Part shown: piece after piece, positions 30,788 through 40,368 of the stretch
Position numbering within the stretch: the stretch's first letter is position 1
How the letters are laid out: each line of letters starts with the position of its first letter
Notes under the pieces: model-generated
Told to the model about the DNA's origin: nothing
The model's input: only the letters and a program-made list of their open reading frames with translations
Database searches by the model: none
Position numbers and translations under genes: made by a program
Source: Spirochaetia bacterium
Lineage (GTDB): Bacteria; Spirochaetota; Spirochaetia; SP-2023
Length of the DNA: 64,000 bases
NCBI GenBank assembly: GCA_965225855.1
Contig: CBDDCK010000005.1
Coordinates: 1,504,001-1,568,000, forward strand
Direction of reading: 5' to 3'

Positions 30788-32206
30788 CTATAGCCAATGT
30801 TGTCGTAGTAGCAGCAGTAATTCAGCAGCAAAATCGCGTTTGCTTTGTAAGCTCAAATCGTATTGGAGTAATTGTTGCTCCTTGGCTATGTTGGGTTGCT
30901 TGTCCGTGGGGGTATCGGGCCTAGACGGGGCAAAGATGAGCTTGGCTTGGGCTTGGTTGCCTTCTAGGTTTTGCGGGCTGTTTAAGACAATAGCATCGCA
31001 GCGTTTGTTGTGCAACTTGGTAAAGGCATAGTCAATAGCTTTGGGTAGCTTCATTTCTTGCCCTTGCTCTGGCTCTGCTTGTAGAGGCCCATCTTCCAAG
31101 GCAAAGCCCAACACTTTTTGCAAGGGCGTTTTATGCTGGCCCCAATAGGCTAAAATATCGCTAGTGGGCCTTAGCTTTAGGGAATAGTGCTGTCTACCTT
31201 CATGCTTTTTAATCTTGCTGCTATGGTATTGTACCGGACGGAAGTCGCACACTGCGGCCACGGCTATGGCCCAATTGCAAACAGCAAAATGCTCGCTAGC
31301 ATGCTGGGCCATTTCTGCAGCACTATGGCAATGCACTACATGGATACCAAACAGCTGCTGTGATAGCGGGTCATGCAACGGCTTGCCAAAGGGATTGGGC
31401 TCAATAGTGGATATTAAAGTAACTTCTGCTCCAAGGTCTCGCGCAGCACAGGCCAAAGCTATCCCCGTTTTGCCACTACTGCGATTGCTAATATAGCGCA
31501 CAGTGTCTATATGCTCACGGGTAGGGCCGGCAGTCAGCAGTAGCTTTTTACCTTCTAGCGGGTGTTCTTTAAATCTAAGTTGGGACTCTACATAGTAATA
31601 TAGTTGCTCGGCTTCAGCCATACGCCCTGGTCCACTGGCTCTGCAAGCAAGGAAGCCTTGTCCGGGCTCAATCAGCGTACAACCTTGTTGCTGTAAGCTG
31701 GCGATATTTTGCTGTAGCACTGGCTTGTACCACATCTCGGGGTTCATGCTGGGGGCAAATAGCAGGGGCTTGGCTTTAGTTGTAGGGCGCTCTGGGCTAT
31801 TGCTATTGGCTATTAGGCTTGCCCATCCGCTTGGGCTAATGGTCCAAGCGGCAAACAAAGTACTTAGCAAATCATCGGCAATACCACAAGCGGCTTTGCC
31901 TATCCAATTGTAACTAGCTGGGGCTATTAAGAATATATCGGCTTCGTCTACTAGAGCAATGTGTAGCACTGGGCTAGTGTTGAGTTGTGTTTGGTACAAA
32001 GGCTGTTCATACCGCTGCGATAGGCTACTATAGACCTTTTGGCAGCTAATGGCTTCTAGTACTGCACGACTAACAAAGCGCCCACCTGCCTCACTAAGCA
32101 CAATCCGTACCGAATAGCCTTGCTGTACCAGTAGTGATACTAAGCTCGGTATCTTATAGGCTGCTATGCCCCCGCAGATACCTAATAGGATATTGCCTTT
32201 ATTCAT
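30788..32206 (-). CDS. coaBC: Bifunctional phosphopantothenoylcysteine decarboxylase/synthetase
   Basis: GICGGIAAYK, APSMNPEMW, LAC...GPGRM and TAGPTREHID.VRYISNRSSGKTG motifs. Confidence 0.95.
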   Translation of the reverse strand: MNKGNILLGICGGIAAYKIPSLVSLLVQQGYSVRIVLSEAGGRFVSRAVLEAISCQKVYSSLSQRYEQPLYQTQLNTSPVLHIALVDEADIFLIAPASYNWIGKAACGIADDLLSTLFAAWTISPSGWASLIANSNSPERPTTKAKPLLFAPSMNPEMWYKPVLQQNIASLQQQGCTLIEPGQGFLACRASGPGRMAEAEQLYYYVESQLRFKEHPLEGKKLLLTAGPTREHIDTVRYISNRSSGKTGIALACAARDLGAEVTLISTIEPNPFGKPLHDPLSQQLFGIHVVHCHSAAEMAQHASEHFAVCNWAIAVAAVCDFRPVQYHSSKIKKHEGRQHYSLKLRPTSDILAYWGQHKTPLQKVLGFALEDGPLQAEPEQGQEMKLPKAIDYAFTKLHNKRCDAIVLNSPQNLEGNQAQAKLIFAPSRPDTPTDKQPNIAKEQQLLQYDLSLQSKRDFAAELLLLLRQHWL

Positions 32207-32219
32207 ATCTAATAAAGCC

Positions 32220-33737
32220 TTATAGTCTCTTTTTGATTAGCCTTTGCAAGTAGTATGCACCAAAGTAAGCTACAATGCCCAATAGTAGGCAGTAAGGCAG
32301 TAGAGCAACGCCACCAAAATTGGGGTAAAGCTGGTTTAGTAACGTGTAACTACCAAGCCCCACTATGCTAGAGCCACAGGCACAATACACATTGGGAAGT
32401 TGGCTGTAGTACAGCCCTAGTACTAGCGGCCACAATAGACTAACTTGAGTGGCGCCCAAAGCATATAGGTTTAGGCTCACCAATAGTTGCGGTGGCTTCA
32501 GTGCCAATAGTGCCATCAATAAGATAGCCAAAGCCGCTAATATGCGGCTAAGCTGGAAGTGCCGAGCTTCTGCTTGGTTTACTGCTTGGCCTTCTTGTTG
32601 GGCATGGCTTGTTTTGCTTGGTTTTGGACCTTGTTGCTGGGTTTGATAGCTAAGTCTGCGTGGCAGTAGATGCCTATAGATAGTCATACCTAATACATTG
32701 ACCACAGAATCTGCGCTAGACATAATAGCAGCCAGCATAGCACTGATGAGCATACCGCTAAAGATGTTGCCCATAAGCCCATATTCGGGCTTACCAAACA
32801 ATTGGCTAATATGGCCCATTAGCTGGTCGCTCTGTTCTATATTGGGCAGCACTATGCGGCCGAGTAAGCCAATAAAGTGGGGCAAAAAGGTTAGTAGCCC
32901 CACCATAACCGTAGCAATAATAATGGCCTTTCGCAAGCTCTTGCCTGGTTCTAAAGCCAGTAGGCGCGAGAAGCTAATAGGCTGCACCACCATACCCAAA
33001 CCCACTAGCACGGTAAAGTTTAGGGTATAGCTCAATGGTTGGATACCGCCACCATCGGCACGAAATAAGGCAGGGTTACTGGCTGCAAAACTTGCTAGGC
33101 CAGTACTACCCCCAGCTTTGTGCCACAGTATCCATACTAGCACTAAACAGGCTACAAGCATCAAGCTACCTTGTAGTATATCGGTTAGCACCACAGCTTT
33201 AAAGCCGCCTAGTAGGGTATAGATGGCCAAAGCTAGGCTAAACCATAATAAGGCTTGGTAGTAGCTTAACCCCCAAGCAAATAGGGCCCCTTGCAATAGC
33301 CGGGCACCGCCCATAATGCCCACCATCAGCCCTAATAACAATACTATAGCTATAATAGTGGCACAGAACTTAGTATATAGTCGGCAGCCATAGCGCAACT
33401 GGATATAATCGGCTAGGTCATACAGTCCGTGTTGCTGTCCAAGGATTTGTACTTGCTTGCCGATAACTCCCATTATCAATAGGTTAACCGGATATTGTAC
33501 TGTAGCTAGGTAAACCCACACCAAGCCCCGAGTATAGGCTAGGCTAGGCCCACCAATAAAGGAAGAGGCACTAATATAGGTAGCAGCGGTAGTCATGGCT
33601 AAAGGCACTATGCCCAGCTTGCGCCCACCTAGGAAGTAGTCCAGAGCTTGATTATGGCTAGAGCAGATAGAACGGTTGCGGCTATAGATGGCAATGGCAA
33701 TCAATAGGGCAAAATAGGTGATAATACTGGCTATCAT
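32220..33737 (-). CDS. panF: Sodium/pantothenate symporter (SSS family)
   Basis: YFLGGR, ATYISASSFIGGP, GGFKAVVLTDILQG and LAAIMSSADS motifs; between a YhdT-like gene and coaBC. ATG 33737 preferred. Confidence 0.88.
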   Translation of the reverse strand: MIASIITYFALLIAIAIYSRNRSICSSHNQALDYFLGGRKLGIVPLAMTTAATYISASSFIGGPSLAYTRGLVWVYLATVQYPVNLLIMGVIGKQVQILGQQHGLYDLADYIQLRYGCRLYTKFCATIIAIVLLLGLMVGIMGGARLLQGALFAWGLSYYQALLWFSLALAIYTLLGGFKAVVLTDILQGSLMLVACLVLVWILWHKAGGSTGLASFAASNPALFRADGGGIQPLSYTLNFTVLVGLGMVVQPISFSRLLALEPGKSLRKAIIIATVMVGLLTFLPHFIGLLGRIVLPNIEQSDQLMGHISQLFGKPEYGLMGNIFSGMLISAMLAAIMSSADSVVNVLGMTIYRHLLPRRLSYQTQQQGPKPSKTSHAQQEGQAVNQAEARHFQLSRILAALAILLMALLALKPPQLLVSLNLYALGATQVSLLWPLVLGLYYSQLPNVYCACGSSIVGLGSYTLLNQLYPNFGGVALLPYCLLLGIVAYFGAYYLQRLIKKRL

Positions 33738-33756
33738 GGGTGGCTTGCTTGTGCTA

Positions 33757-34197
33757 TTAGCCAGCAGTAGAGCTGGGCTGTATACTCTTGTCATCTTTTG
33801 CTTGCCCAGTATCGCCAATATCTTTAGGTAGGTGGATAAGGCATAGAGCCAATAGCAACAACCAGCTCACAATACTACTCAACCAAAACCACAAAGGTAG
33901 CCCTAACCATAATTGTTGTAATAGATAGCCAAGCTTAGCCAGTATGTCCAATTTTGCTAGGCTGGCAAGGGCTGAATCGCTTGGACCTATTAGGCTCAAC
34001 AGTGGCCAGAGAAACCACCAACCATAAAACCATAGGCTCAATAGTAGGCTATGGTAGCTAAGGCTGCCTTTCTCAAAAGGATTATTTACTTTCGGGGCCT
34101 TGGCGGTCTTCGCAGGCCTTGGATGTCGCTGGTTGTCCATATCGCTCCGGGTAGCATCACCGCTTGAACTATCTTGCGTTGTATGCTCGTTAAGCAT
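33757..34197 (-). CDS. YhdT/DUF997-like small membrane protein
   Basis: GLPLWFWLS motif, two hydrophobic helices, position immediately upstream of panF. Confidence 0.65.
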   Translation of the reverse strand: MLNEHTTQDSSSGDATRSDMDNQRHPRPAKTAKAPKVNNPFEKGSLSYHSLLLSLWFYGWWFLWPLLSLIGPSDSALASLAKLDILAKLGYLLQQLWLGLPLWFWLSSIVSWLLLLALCLIHLPKDIGDTGQAKDDKSIQPSSTAG

Positions 34198-34641
34198 GGT
34201 CTAGGTTTGGCTTATGGCTAGTTTATGGCGATTTAGGTTCATGTCGATACCTATCCGAGTTTAGGTTCTGTTTGACCCCGCGTTACCTACTAGTAGTAGC
34301 ACCACAATATTTATTTTATAATATAAGTCAATAGTCGATTTGAAAATATTCCTAAGCAAAAGGGTCAAGACCAACAAATTAGCTGGTGCTGATGGTTTAT
34401 GATATTTAAAGCTTCCACAGCCATAGTATATTGTCCAAAGTTGGAACGCAGGTCTATGCATGTTTTACCGAAGGCTGTAGAGCAAGCAAAGCTGCTTTTT
34501 AAGTAGTAAACAAACTATATCGTAATTGCAGATAATTTAGCTATAGTGGTCTACTATTATATAGCTTTAGTGTATGGCTTGACTTAGCAAAACCATAATA
34601 ATATACCCTTTATAGTAAAGGTATAGTGATAGGAGTATTTT

Positions 34642-35170
34642 ATGAAGCAAGCCCGACTAGCCATGATCTTTGCACTAGCTTGCCCGGCGATAGCCTATGC
34701 TAATTGCTTTCCATGATGAGAGCGGATGCCAACCTAGACATTGTGGATAATGATGATTGGCACCCGCTCTGGGCGTTGCGCAAAGGCGATGTGTTATTAG
34801 TGCAAGACCTTATAAAGCAAGGTGCAGCTTTGGATATAGTGGAACCTAATGGTAGAACGGCCTTGCACAATGCTGCTTCTGGAGGTGACGTAAAGCTGGT
34901 GGAGACCCTTACCTAAGCGAGTGCTACCCTTGACGTAGCCGATGCCGATGGTTGGACAGACTTACACTTTGCGATAGTCAAGAGGTATACTGCCATAGTG
35001 CAAGCTTTGGCTCAAGCGGGGACCAATCTTGAGGTTGTAGATCGCAAGGGTTTTACGGCCTTATACTAGGCTTTATGGTAAGGGGATAGCGAGATAGTTC
35101 GCACTTGACTGCAAGCCGGTACCAGCTTTAACTTAAACAATACTGATAGGCATACTATGCTGGATATATG
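34642..35170 (+). pseudogene. Ankyrin-repeat protein pseudogene
   Basis: RBS and signal-like start MKQARLAMIFALAC, then a frameshift and ankyrin repeats (GRTALHNAA, GWTDLHFAI, GFTALY*AL) broken by several in-frame stops. Confidence 0.8.
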
Positions 35171-35351
35171 AAAGCTATATAGCTATATGCGCCACAATAC
35201 CACCGAGTTCCTTTCTAATTCAAGTCCCTATCAAGCCCCTATGAAATAAGCAAATAAGCATAGGTATATAAGCGAACTGGTTGTTTGTGAAAGAAATATG
35301 AACGAATTGTTGCCCCTATGGTCATTATCGCTATTTTAAGGGCCAGTAGGC

Positions 35352-35380
35352 TTGATCGGCTAATTTGATTACTATATACT
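35352..35380 (+). promoter_or_regulatory. Candidate sigma70 promoter of the ankyrin lipoprotein / ABC operon
   Basis: TTGATC-17 nt-TATACT. A parallel TTGACT-17 nt-TATACC (34579-34607) precedes the ankyrin pseudogene. Confidence 0.55.
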
Positions 35381-35415
35381 TCCCTCTAAAAAACTAGAGT
35401 GATAGGAGCATTTTT

Positions 35416-36666
35416 ATGAAGCAGGTCTTATTGGCTGTACTGGCCATGTTGTTTTTGCTGAGCTGTACCAGCACCAAGTATAATATACAATTATATGAAG
35501 CCGCTAGGCAGGGCGATATGGCCCAGGTACAAGCCCTAATACAAAAAGGCGCGGACCCAAACTATGTAGTGGAACACGGTTCCAATGTCTTGCACCAGGC
35601 GGCCTATAGTGGTAATTTGGCCTTGATACATTACCTAGTCAAGCAAGGGGCTGACCTGAAAATCGTAGACCCGAATGGAACCACTTTGTTGCACATTGTG
35701 GCCTTGAGCGGTGATTTGGAATTGGTGCAATATCTAGTAGAGCAAGGCTTAGACCCGAATGCGCGAGTGGATAGTCAAAAGTCGGTGTTGCATGATGCTA
35801 CCTTTAGCGGAAACCTAGAGCTAGTCCAGTATCTAGTGCAGCATGGAGCTGACCCCCAAGCCATAGCGAAGAATGGCCGAACGGTAATGTTTGGCGCGGC
35901 CTATAGCGGCAGTCTGCCGTTAGCCCAGTATCTGGTGGCGCAAGGAGTAAGTCCTACAAGATTAGCCGATGGCAACGAAAGTCCGCTATCTGCGGCGGCC
36001 TATAGCGGTAGTTTAGAATTGGTACAATACCTAATAGCGCAAGGGGCCGACCCTAAGGTGGAGGACGAGCTGGGGGATAACAGCCTAAATGCGGCGGTGA
36101 TGGGCGGAAATATAGCGGTAATCGAGTACCTAGTGGCGCAAGGTCTTAGCCTGAAACGGCTAGATAAGCAAGGCTATACGTTATTGCATAACGCCCTAGG
36201 CCATAGGGACAGTCTGGATTTGGTGCAGTACCTGGTGCAGCAAGGAGTCGACCCCAAGATAGCTGCGGACGATGGAACTACTACACTGAATCAGGCAGTT
36301 TGGGGTGGCAACTTGAAGGTAGTGCAATACTTAGTGGTGCAGGGAGTCGACCCCAAGGCGGTAAATAATAATGGCGAGAGCGTATTGCATACCGCAGCCT
36401 ACCGCGGACGCCTAGAGATTCTAAAGTACCTGGCGGGGCCAGAAATAGAGCCACGCCTAAGCCTAAATGTAGTCAATTCCAACGGTCAGACGCTCATACA
36501 TACGGCCTTGTTGGCCCATTTTTACTCATTAGAGTTAATCGAGTATTTGGTGCGGCGGGGAGTTGACCCTAAAGCCTTGGATAACGATGGCCGCACCGCC
36601 CTGGATTATGCCCGAAAACGCGCCGATAAACGGGTAATCGCCTATTTAAGAAAAGTGAGCCGTTAG
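35416..36666 (+). CDS. Ankyrin-repeat lipoprotein
   Basis: LLSC lipobox and about 11 33-aa repeats of G..LH.AA.SG.LELVQYLV.QG.DP. Confidence 0.9.
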   Translation: MKQVLLAVLAMLFLLSCTSTKYNIQLYEAARQGDMAQVQALIQKGADPNYVVEHGSNVLHQAAYSGNLALIHYLVKQGADLKIVDPNGTTLLHIVALSGDLELVQYLVEQGLDPNARVDSQKSVLHDATFSGNLELVQYLVQHGADPQAIAKNGRTVMFGAAYSGSLPLAQYLVAQGVSPTRLADGNESPLSAAAYSGSLELVQYLIAQGADPKVEDELGDNSLNAAVMGGNIAVIEYLVAQGLSLKRLDKQGYTLLHNALGHRDSLDLVQYLVQQGVDPKIAADDGTTTLNQAVWGGNLKVVQYLVVQGVDPKAVNNNGESVLHTAAYRGRLEILKYLAGPEIEPRLSLNVVNSNGQTLIHTALLAHFYSLELIEYLVRRGVDPKALDNDGRTALDYARKRADKRVIAYLRKVSR

Positions 36667-36703
36667 GGCAATTGATTCAAACAGCCTATAGGAGGTAGCC
36701 CCT

Positions 36704-37876
36704 GTGTTTATGATAGAAGCCGAAAGCGTAACTAAATATTACGGCAGCCACCAGGCCTTGAGCCAGCTAAGTTTTACCATTGGCAAAGGCCAAGTGGTGG
36801 GCTTTTTAGGTCCCAATGGCGCGGGTAAGTCAACCACAATGCATATTCTCACGGGCTTTTTATCCCTTAGTGAAGGCAACGTGCGCATCAATGGCTATGA
36901 TATTTTTGAAGATGCGCGCAAAGCCCGTGAGAGTGTGGGCTACCTACCTGAACAACCCCCCTTATACAATGAGCTTACAGTAGCCGAATACTTGCGCTAT
37001 ATCTGTGGCTTAAAGAAACTAAAACGCCAAGCATGGCCTACGGAGCTGGCCCGCGTCTTACCGATGTGTAGCTTGCAGCAAGTAGCAGGCCGCAAGATAG
37101 CCCACTTATCCAAAGGCTTTCGCCAACGGGTGGGCTTGGCCCAAGCTCTAGTAGGCCAACCGCCCTTGCTAATATTAGATGAACCCACCGTAGGACTGGA
37201 TCCGCAGCAGATATTGGAGATACGCAAACTAATCCAAGCTTTAAGCCAACAACACACCATATTGCTAAGCTCTCATATATTGTCGGAAATAGAGGCTACC
37301 TGTGAGCGTGTCCTTATCTTAAACCAAGGCCAGCTAGTAGCCGATGATAGTACTGCCAATCTAAGTAGGCAGCTAAAAACCTGCCAATTGCAGCTAGAAT
37401 TGCTCACCTCAACGCCTATGACAACTGTGGCCAACCCAGCCATGCAAACCCCAGGAACAGAGCAGGCGGTAGAAAGTTTGCTAGCCGAAGCCCTAGCCTC
37501 CCAAGGAATTATGGAATTTGATTGTCACAGTAGCGCCATCAATGGTGAACGGCTGTTAGATTTGCATTGCAAACTACCAAAATACCCCGTAGCCCAACAA
37601 GAAGTAGATCATAACCTATTAGAGAAGAAAAGCTCTTATAGAGCTAGAAGAGACTCTATTATAGGCTGGAATAGTCGTAATACGCTAGCTGAACCAGTAA
37701 CGGTTAGTAGTTGGCCATTATTGCAAGCTCGCAGGGACTTGAGTATGGCTTTAAGCCAGCGTGGCTTTACTATTGTGGCCATGCAAACCCAACAACACAG
37801 CCTTGAAGATGTATTCCTCAACTTAACCAATCGGTTGAATGGTGATAGTAGTCAAACAAAAGGTGTTCGGCTATGA
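36704..37876 (+). CDS. ABC transporter ATP-binding protein (GldA-like)
   Basis: GPNGAGKST, LSKGFRQRVGLA and ILDEPTVGLDP motifs. Confidence 0.92.
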   Translation: MFMIEAESVTKYYGSHQALSQLSFTIGKGQVVGFLGPNGAGKSTTMHILTGFLSLSEGNVRINGYDIFEDARKARESVGYLPEQPPLYNELTVAEYLRYICGLKKLKRQAWPTELARVLPMCSLQQVAGRKIAHLSKGFRQRVGLAQALVGQPPLLILDEPTVGLDPQQILEIRKLIQALSQQHTILLSSHILSEIEATCERVLILNQGQLVADDSTANLSRQLKTCQLQLELLTSTPMTTVANPAMQTPGTEQAVESLLAEALASQGIMEFDCHSSAINGERLLDLHCKLPKYPVAQQEVDHNLLEKKSSYRARRDSIIGWNSRNTLAEPVTVSSWPLLQARRDLSMALSQRGFTIVAMQTQQHSLEDVFLNLTNRLNGDSSQTKGVRL

Positions 37877-38733
37877 TAGCCTCTTATCGCAAGGAATTAT
37901 ATTCCTTTATTGTAACCCCATATGGCGTTGCCTTTGCCAGTAGTTTTTTACTGCTTTCTGGTCTAATGACTGCCTTGTATAACCTATTTAGCCAAGACAA
38001 CCACTTTGAGAGTACGACACTCTCTTTATTGCCTTGGTTACTGCTATTGCTATTGCCGCTGCTCACCATGCGCTGCCTAGCTGATGAACAAGCGGCACTG
38101 CCATTATTATATACATCGGCCACAGAACTATGGCAGATTGTCTTGGGCAAATACCTAGCGGTGCTTAGCTTAGTATTGCCGGTCTGTGCTCTCACCATCA
38201 TATACCCCATCGTCTATGACTACTATAGCTACGTCAATTGGAGCAATATCTGGAGCAGTTACTTGGGGCTGGCTTTATTGGTAGCCCTCTACAGCAGTGT
38301 GGGGATATGGGTATCATCATTTAGCAGTAACCAGTCCAGCGCAGCGGTGGTAACCTTGTTGAGCTTTTTAACCCTTTTGCTTAGCGGTATATTGCTAGCA
38401 CGCTTGCCCCAAGGGCGCAGTAGCCAAGTAGTGGTATTGGCGATTATTGCGGCGCTAGCGTTATGGACAGCTTATCGCAACGGCTTACAGCCTATCTACT
38501 TATTGATTGTAACAGCTTTATTAGCCTTAGTGTTATCGGCTTTGGTCATAGCTCAGCCCCGCTTTTTACAAGGTTTGATAGGGCGCAGCGGTGCCTTTAT
38601 TTCACCACTAAAGCACTATACCACCTTCACTCAAGGCCTAATTAGGTTAGCCGATATCCTGTACTTTATCAGCAGCAGTGCGCTTTTTATCTTGCTTAGC
38701 ATACTACAAATGGAGAAGCGCCGATGGCGATAA
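37873..38733 (+). CDS. ABC-2 type permease (GldF-like)
   Basis: RKELYSF..TP, PLLTMR.LADE, IVLGKYLA motifs and multiple TM helices. Confidence 0.85.
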   Translation: MIASYRKELYSFIVTPYGVAFASSFLLLSGLMTALYNLFSQDNHFESTTLSLLPWLLLLLLPLLTMRCLADEQAALPLLYTSATELWQIVLGKYLAVLSLVLPVCALTIIYPIVYDYYSYVNWSNIWSSYLGLALLVALYSSVGIWVSSFSSNQSSAAVVTLLSFLTLLLSGILLARLPQGRSSQVVVLAIIAALALWTAYRNGLQPIYLLIVTALLALVLSALVIAQPRFLQGLIGRSGAFISPLKHYTTFTQGLIRLADILYFISSSALFILLSILQMEKRRWR

Positions 38734-40352
38734 AGTTCTTGGACAAACTAGCGAAGGACTTTGCTCTATTGCGCGGCGGGCGCTATGGTAACCGTGCAGA
38801 AGATAGACAGCGGGAACAACAACATGCCTTAGAGAATAGTAGCCGCAGCCGGCGCAGTGGCTTAGCTTTGTACAGCGGTTTGGTCTTTTGGGTACTATTG
38901 GCTGCTTGGGTATTGTTGAACTTGTTGGCCTCCCAGTTTCCCGCTCGTTTGAATATAGATGCTTCTGATGATAAGCTGTATAGCCTTAGCCCAACCAGTA
39001 TGGAGATACTACAAGGCCTACAGCAAGAAATCCGCATCTATGCTCTATTTTCGGAGGGGAGGCGACCGACTAAACCACTAGACATTTACCGTTATTTAGA
39101 GCTATACCAAAGCAGCAGCCGCCATATCGCAGTAGAAGAAGTTGACCCAGAGCTAGAACCTGAACGGATACGGCCCTTTATTACCGGTATCAAAGGCCAA
39201 GGGCGTGGCAATAACAAAGCCCCCAAGCGCAACTCCTTGATAGTCTTTCGGCCCGGAGGCCGCTTTCGTGTCCTACACTATAGTGAGCTTTACTATGTGA
39301 TGCAGCGGTTTGGCCCTAAAAATCCAACTATCCGCGCTGAACAACAAATTAGCTCGGCTATTGCTTATATCGATGGGGCCAATGTGGCGCAGCTAGGTTT
39401 GCTAACGGGGCACAATGAACAAAGCCTAGAGCTAATGAAGCCCAACTTTGAGCAATTTAATATTGCCGCCCAAAGCGTAGAACTATTGCAGGGCCCAGCT
39501 GCTCTACAAGGTATGGATGTGCTGCTGATATACAAGCCGCAGCTCGATTTAAGCAGTCAAGAATACCAGTATTTAAGGTCATACCTAGGTGGTGTGGAAG
39601 GGTCGGCCAAGGTGGCCAGACGCAAGTCTGTATGGTTGATTTTGGACTTCCAAGCCCAGTATCTACCAAACTTTTACCAATTGAGTAGGGACTATGGCCT
39701 AGAGATACTAGAAGGCTTAGTGCTAGAGCGTGATCCTTTGCGAACTCGGGCGGCTAGTGGCTATACTACCTTTGTTACACCGATTGATAGTTTGCCCAAA
39801 CCCAATGAGAATGTAGCTAGGCATGCTATTATCCGCCCCTTAGAAGATAATGTGATCAGCGACTTGCTGTGGGTAGAAACTATGGCCGTAAGAGAAAGCC
39901 AACCCCGCCCCTACCGCCTGCGTTTTTACTCCCTAGTAGAAAGCAGCAAGGCCTCACTTTTACGCAGTTCGCGCGACCCAAGTAGTCTGGCTCAATTGCC
40001 TAACGATCTCAATGGCCCCCTAACTTTAATGGGTATGACTGTATGGCAAGATGAACAAGGTTCTCGCTCTGGCCCGGCCTTTGTGGTTAGCTTTGATGTA
40101 CCCGGCAACAAGACGGTATTTAGCACACCCAGTAATCGGCAGTTGTTTTATAGTGCCCTATCGTGGCTAGGCAATTCCACAGGTGATGCACAAAGTAATT
40201 CCATGGTGTTCCCTAGTAAAAGCTTACTGATGCTACCGATGCGTTTATCCCAAGCCCAAGCCGTTTGGTGGGCCATTGCCTTTGTGGTTTTACTCCCTCT
40301 AACTGTGCTATTGGCCGGCAGCCTCTTCCTGTGGCATCGTAAGCGTTTGTAG
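38724..40352 (+). CDS. GldG-like ABC auxiliary component
   Basis: ID.S..KLYSLSP.S, VDP and EQQISSAI...TGHNE motifs, with N- and C-terminal TM helices. Confidence 0.8.
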   Translation: MAIKFLDKLAKDFALLRGGRYGNRAEDRQREQQHALENSSRSRRSGLALYSGLVFWVLLAAWVLLNLLASQFPARLNIDASDDKLYSLSPTSMEILQGLQQEIRIYALFSEGRRPTKPLDIYRYLELYQSSSRHIAVEEVDPELEPERIRPFITGIKGQGRGNNKAPKRNSLIVFRPGGRFRVLHYSELYYVMQRFGPKNPTIRAEQQISSAIAYIDGANVAQLGLLTGHNEQSLELMKPNFEQFNIAAQSVELLQGPAALQGMDVLLIYKPQLDLSSQEYQYLRSYLGGVEGSAKVARRKSVWLILDFQAQYLPNFYQLSRDYGLEILEGLVLERDPLRTRAASGYTTFVTPIDSLPKPNENVARHAIIRPLEDNVISDLLWVETMAVRESQPRPYRLRFYSLVESSKASLLRSSRDPSSLAQLPNDLNGPLTLMGMTVWQDEQGSRSGPAFVVSFDVPGNKTVFSTPSNRQLFYSALSWLGNSTGDAQSNSMVFPSKSLLMLPMRLSQAQAVWWAIAFVVLLPLTVLLAGSLFLWHRKRL

Positions 40353-40368
40353 GGAGGGTATGTAAGGT

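Noticed and set aside
34198..34641. oriC at the divergent intergenic region
   Set aside because: No DnaA-box cluster and no dnaA/dnaN nearby. The single perfect box at 34742 lies inside ankyrin coding remnants.
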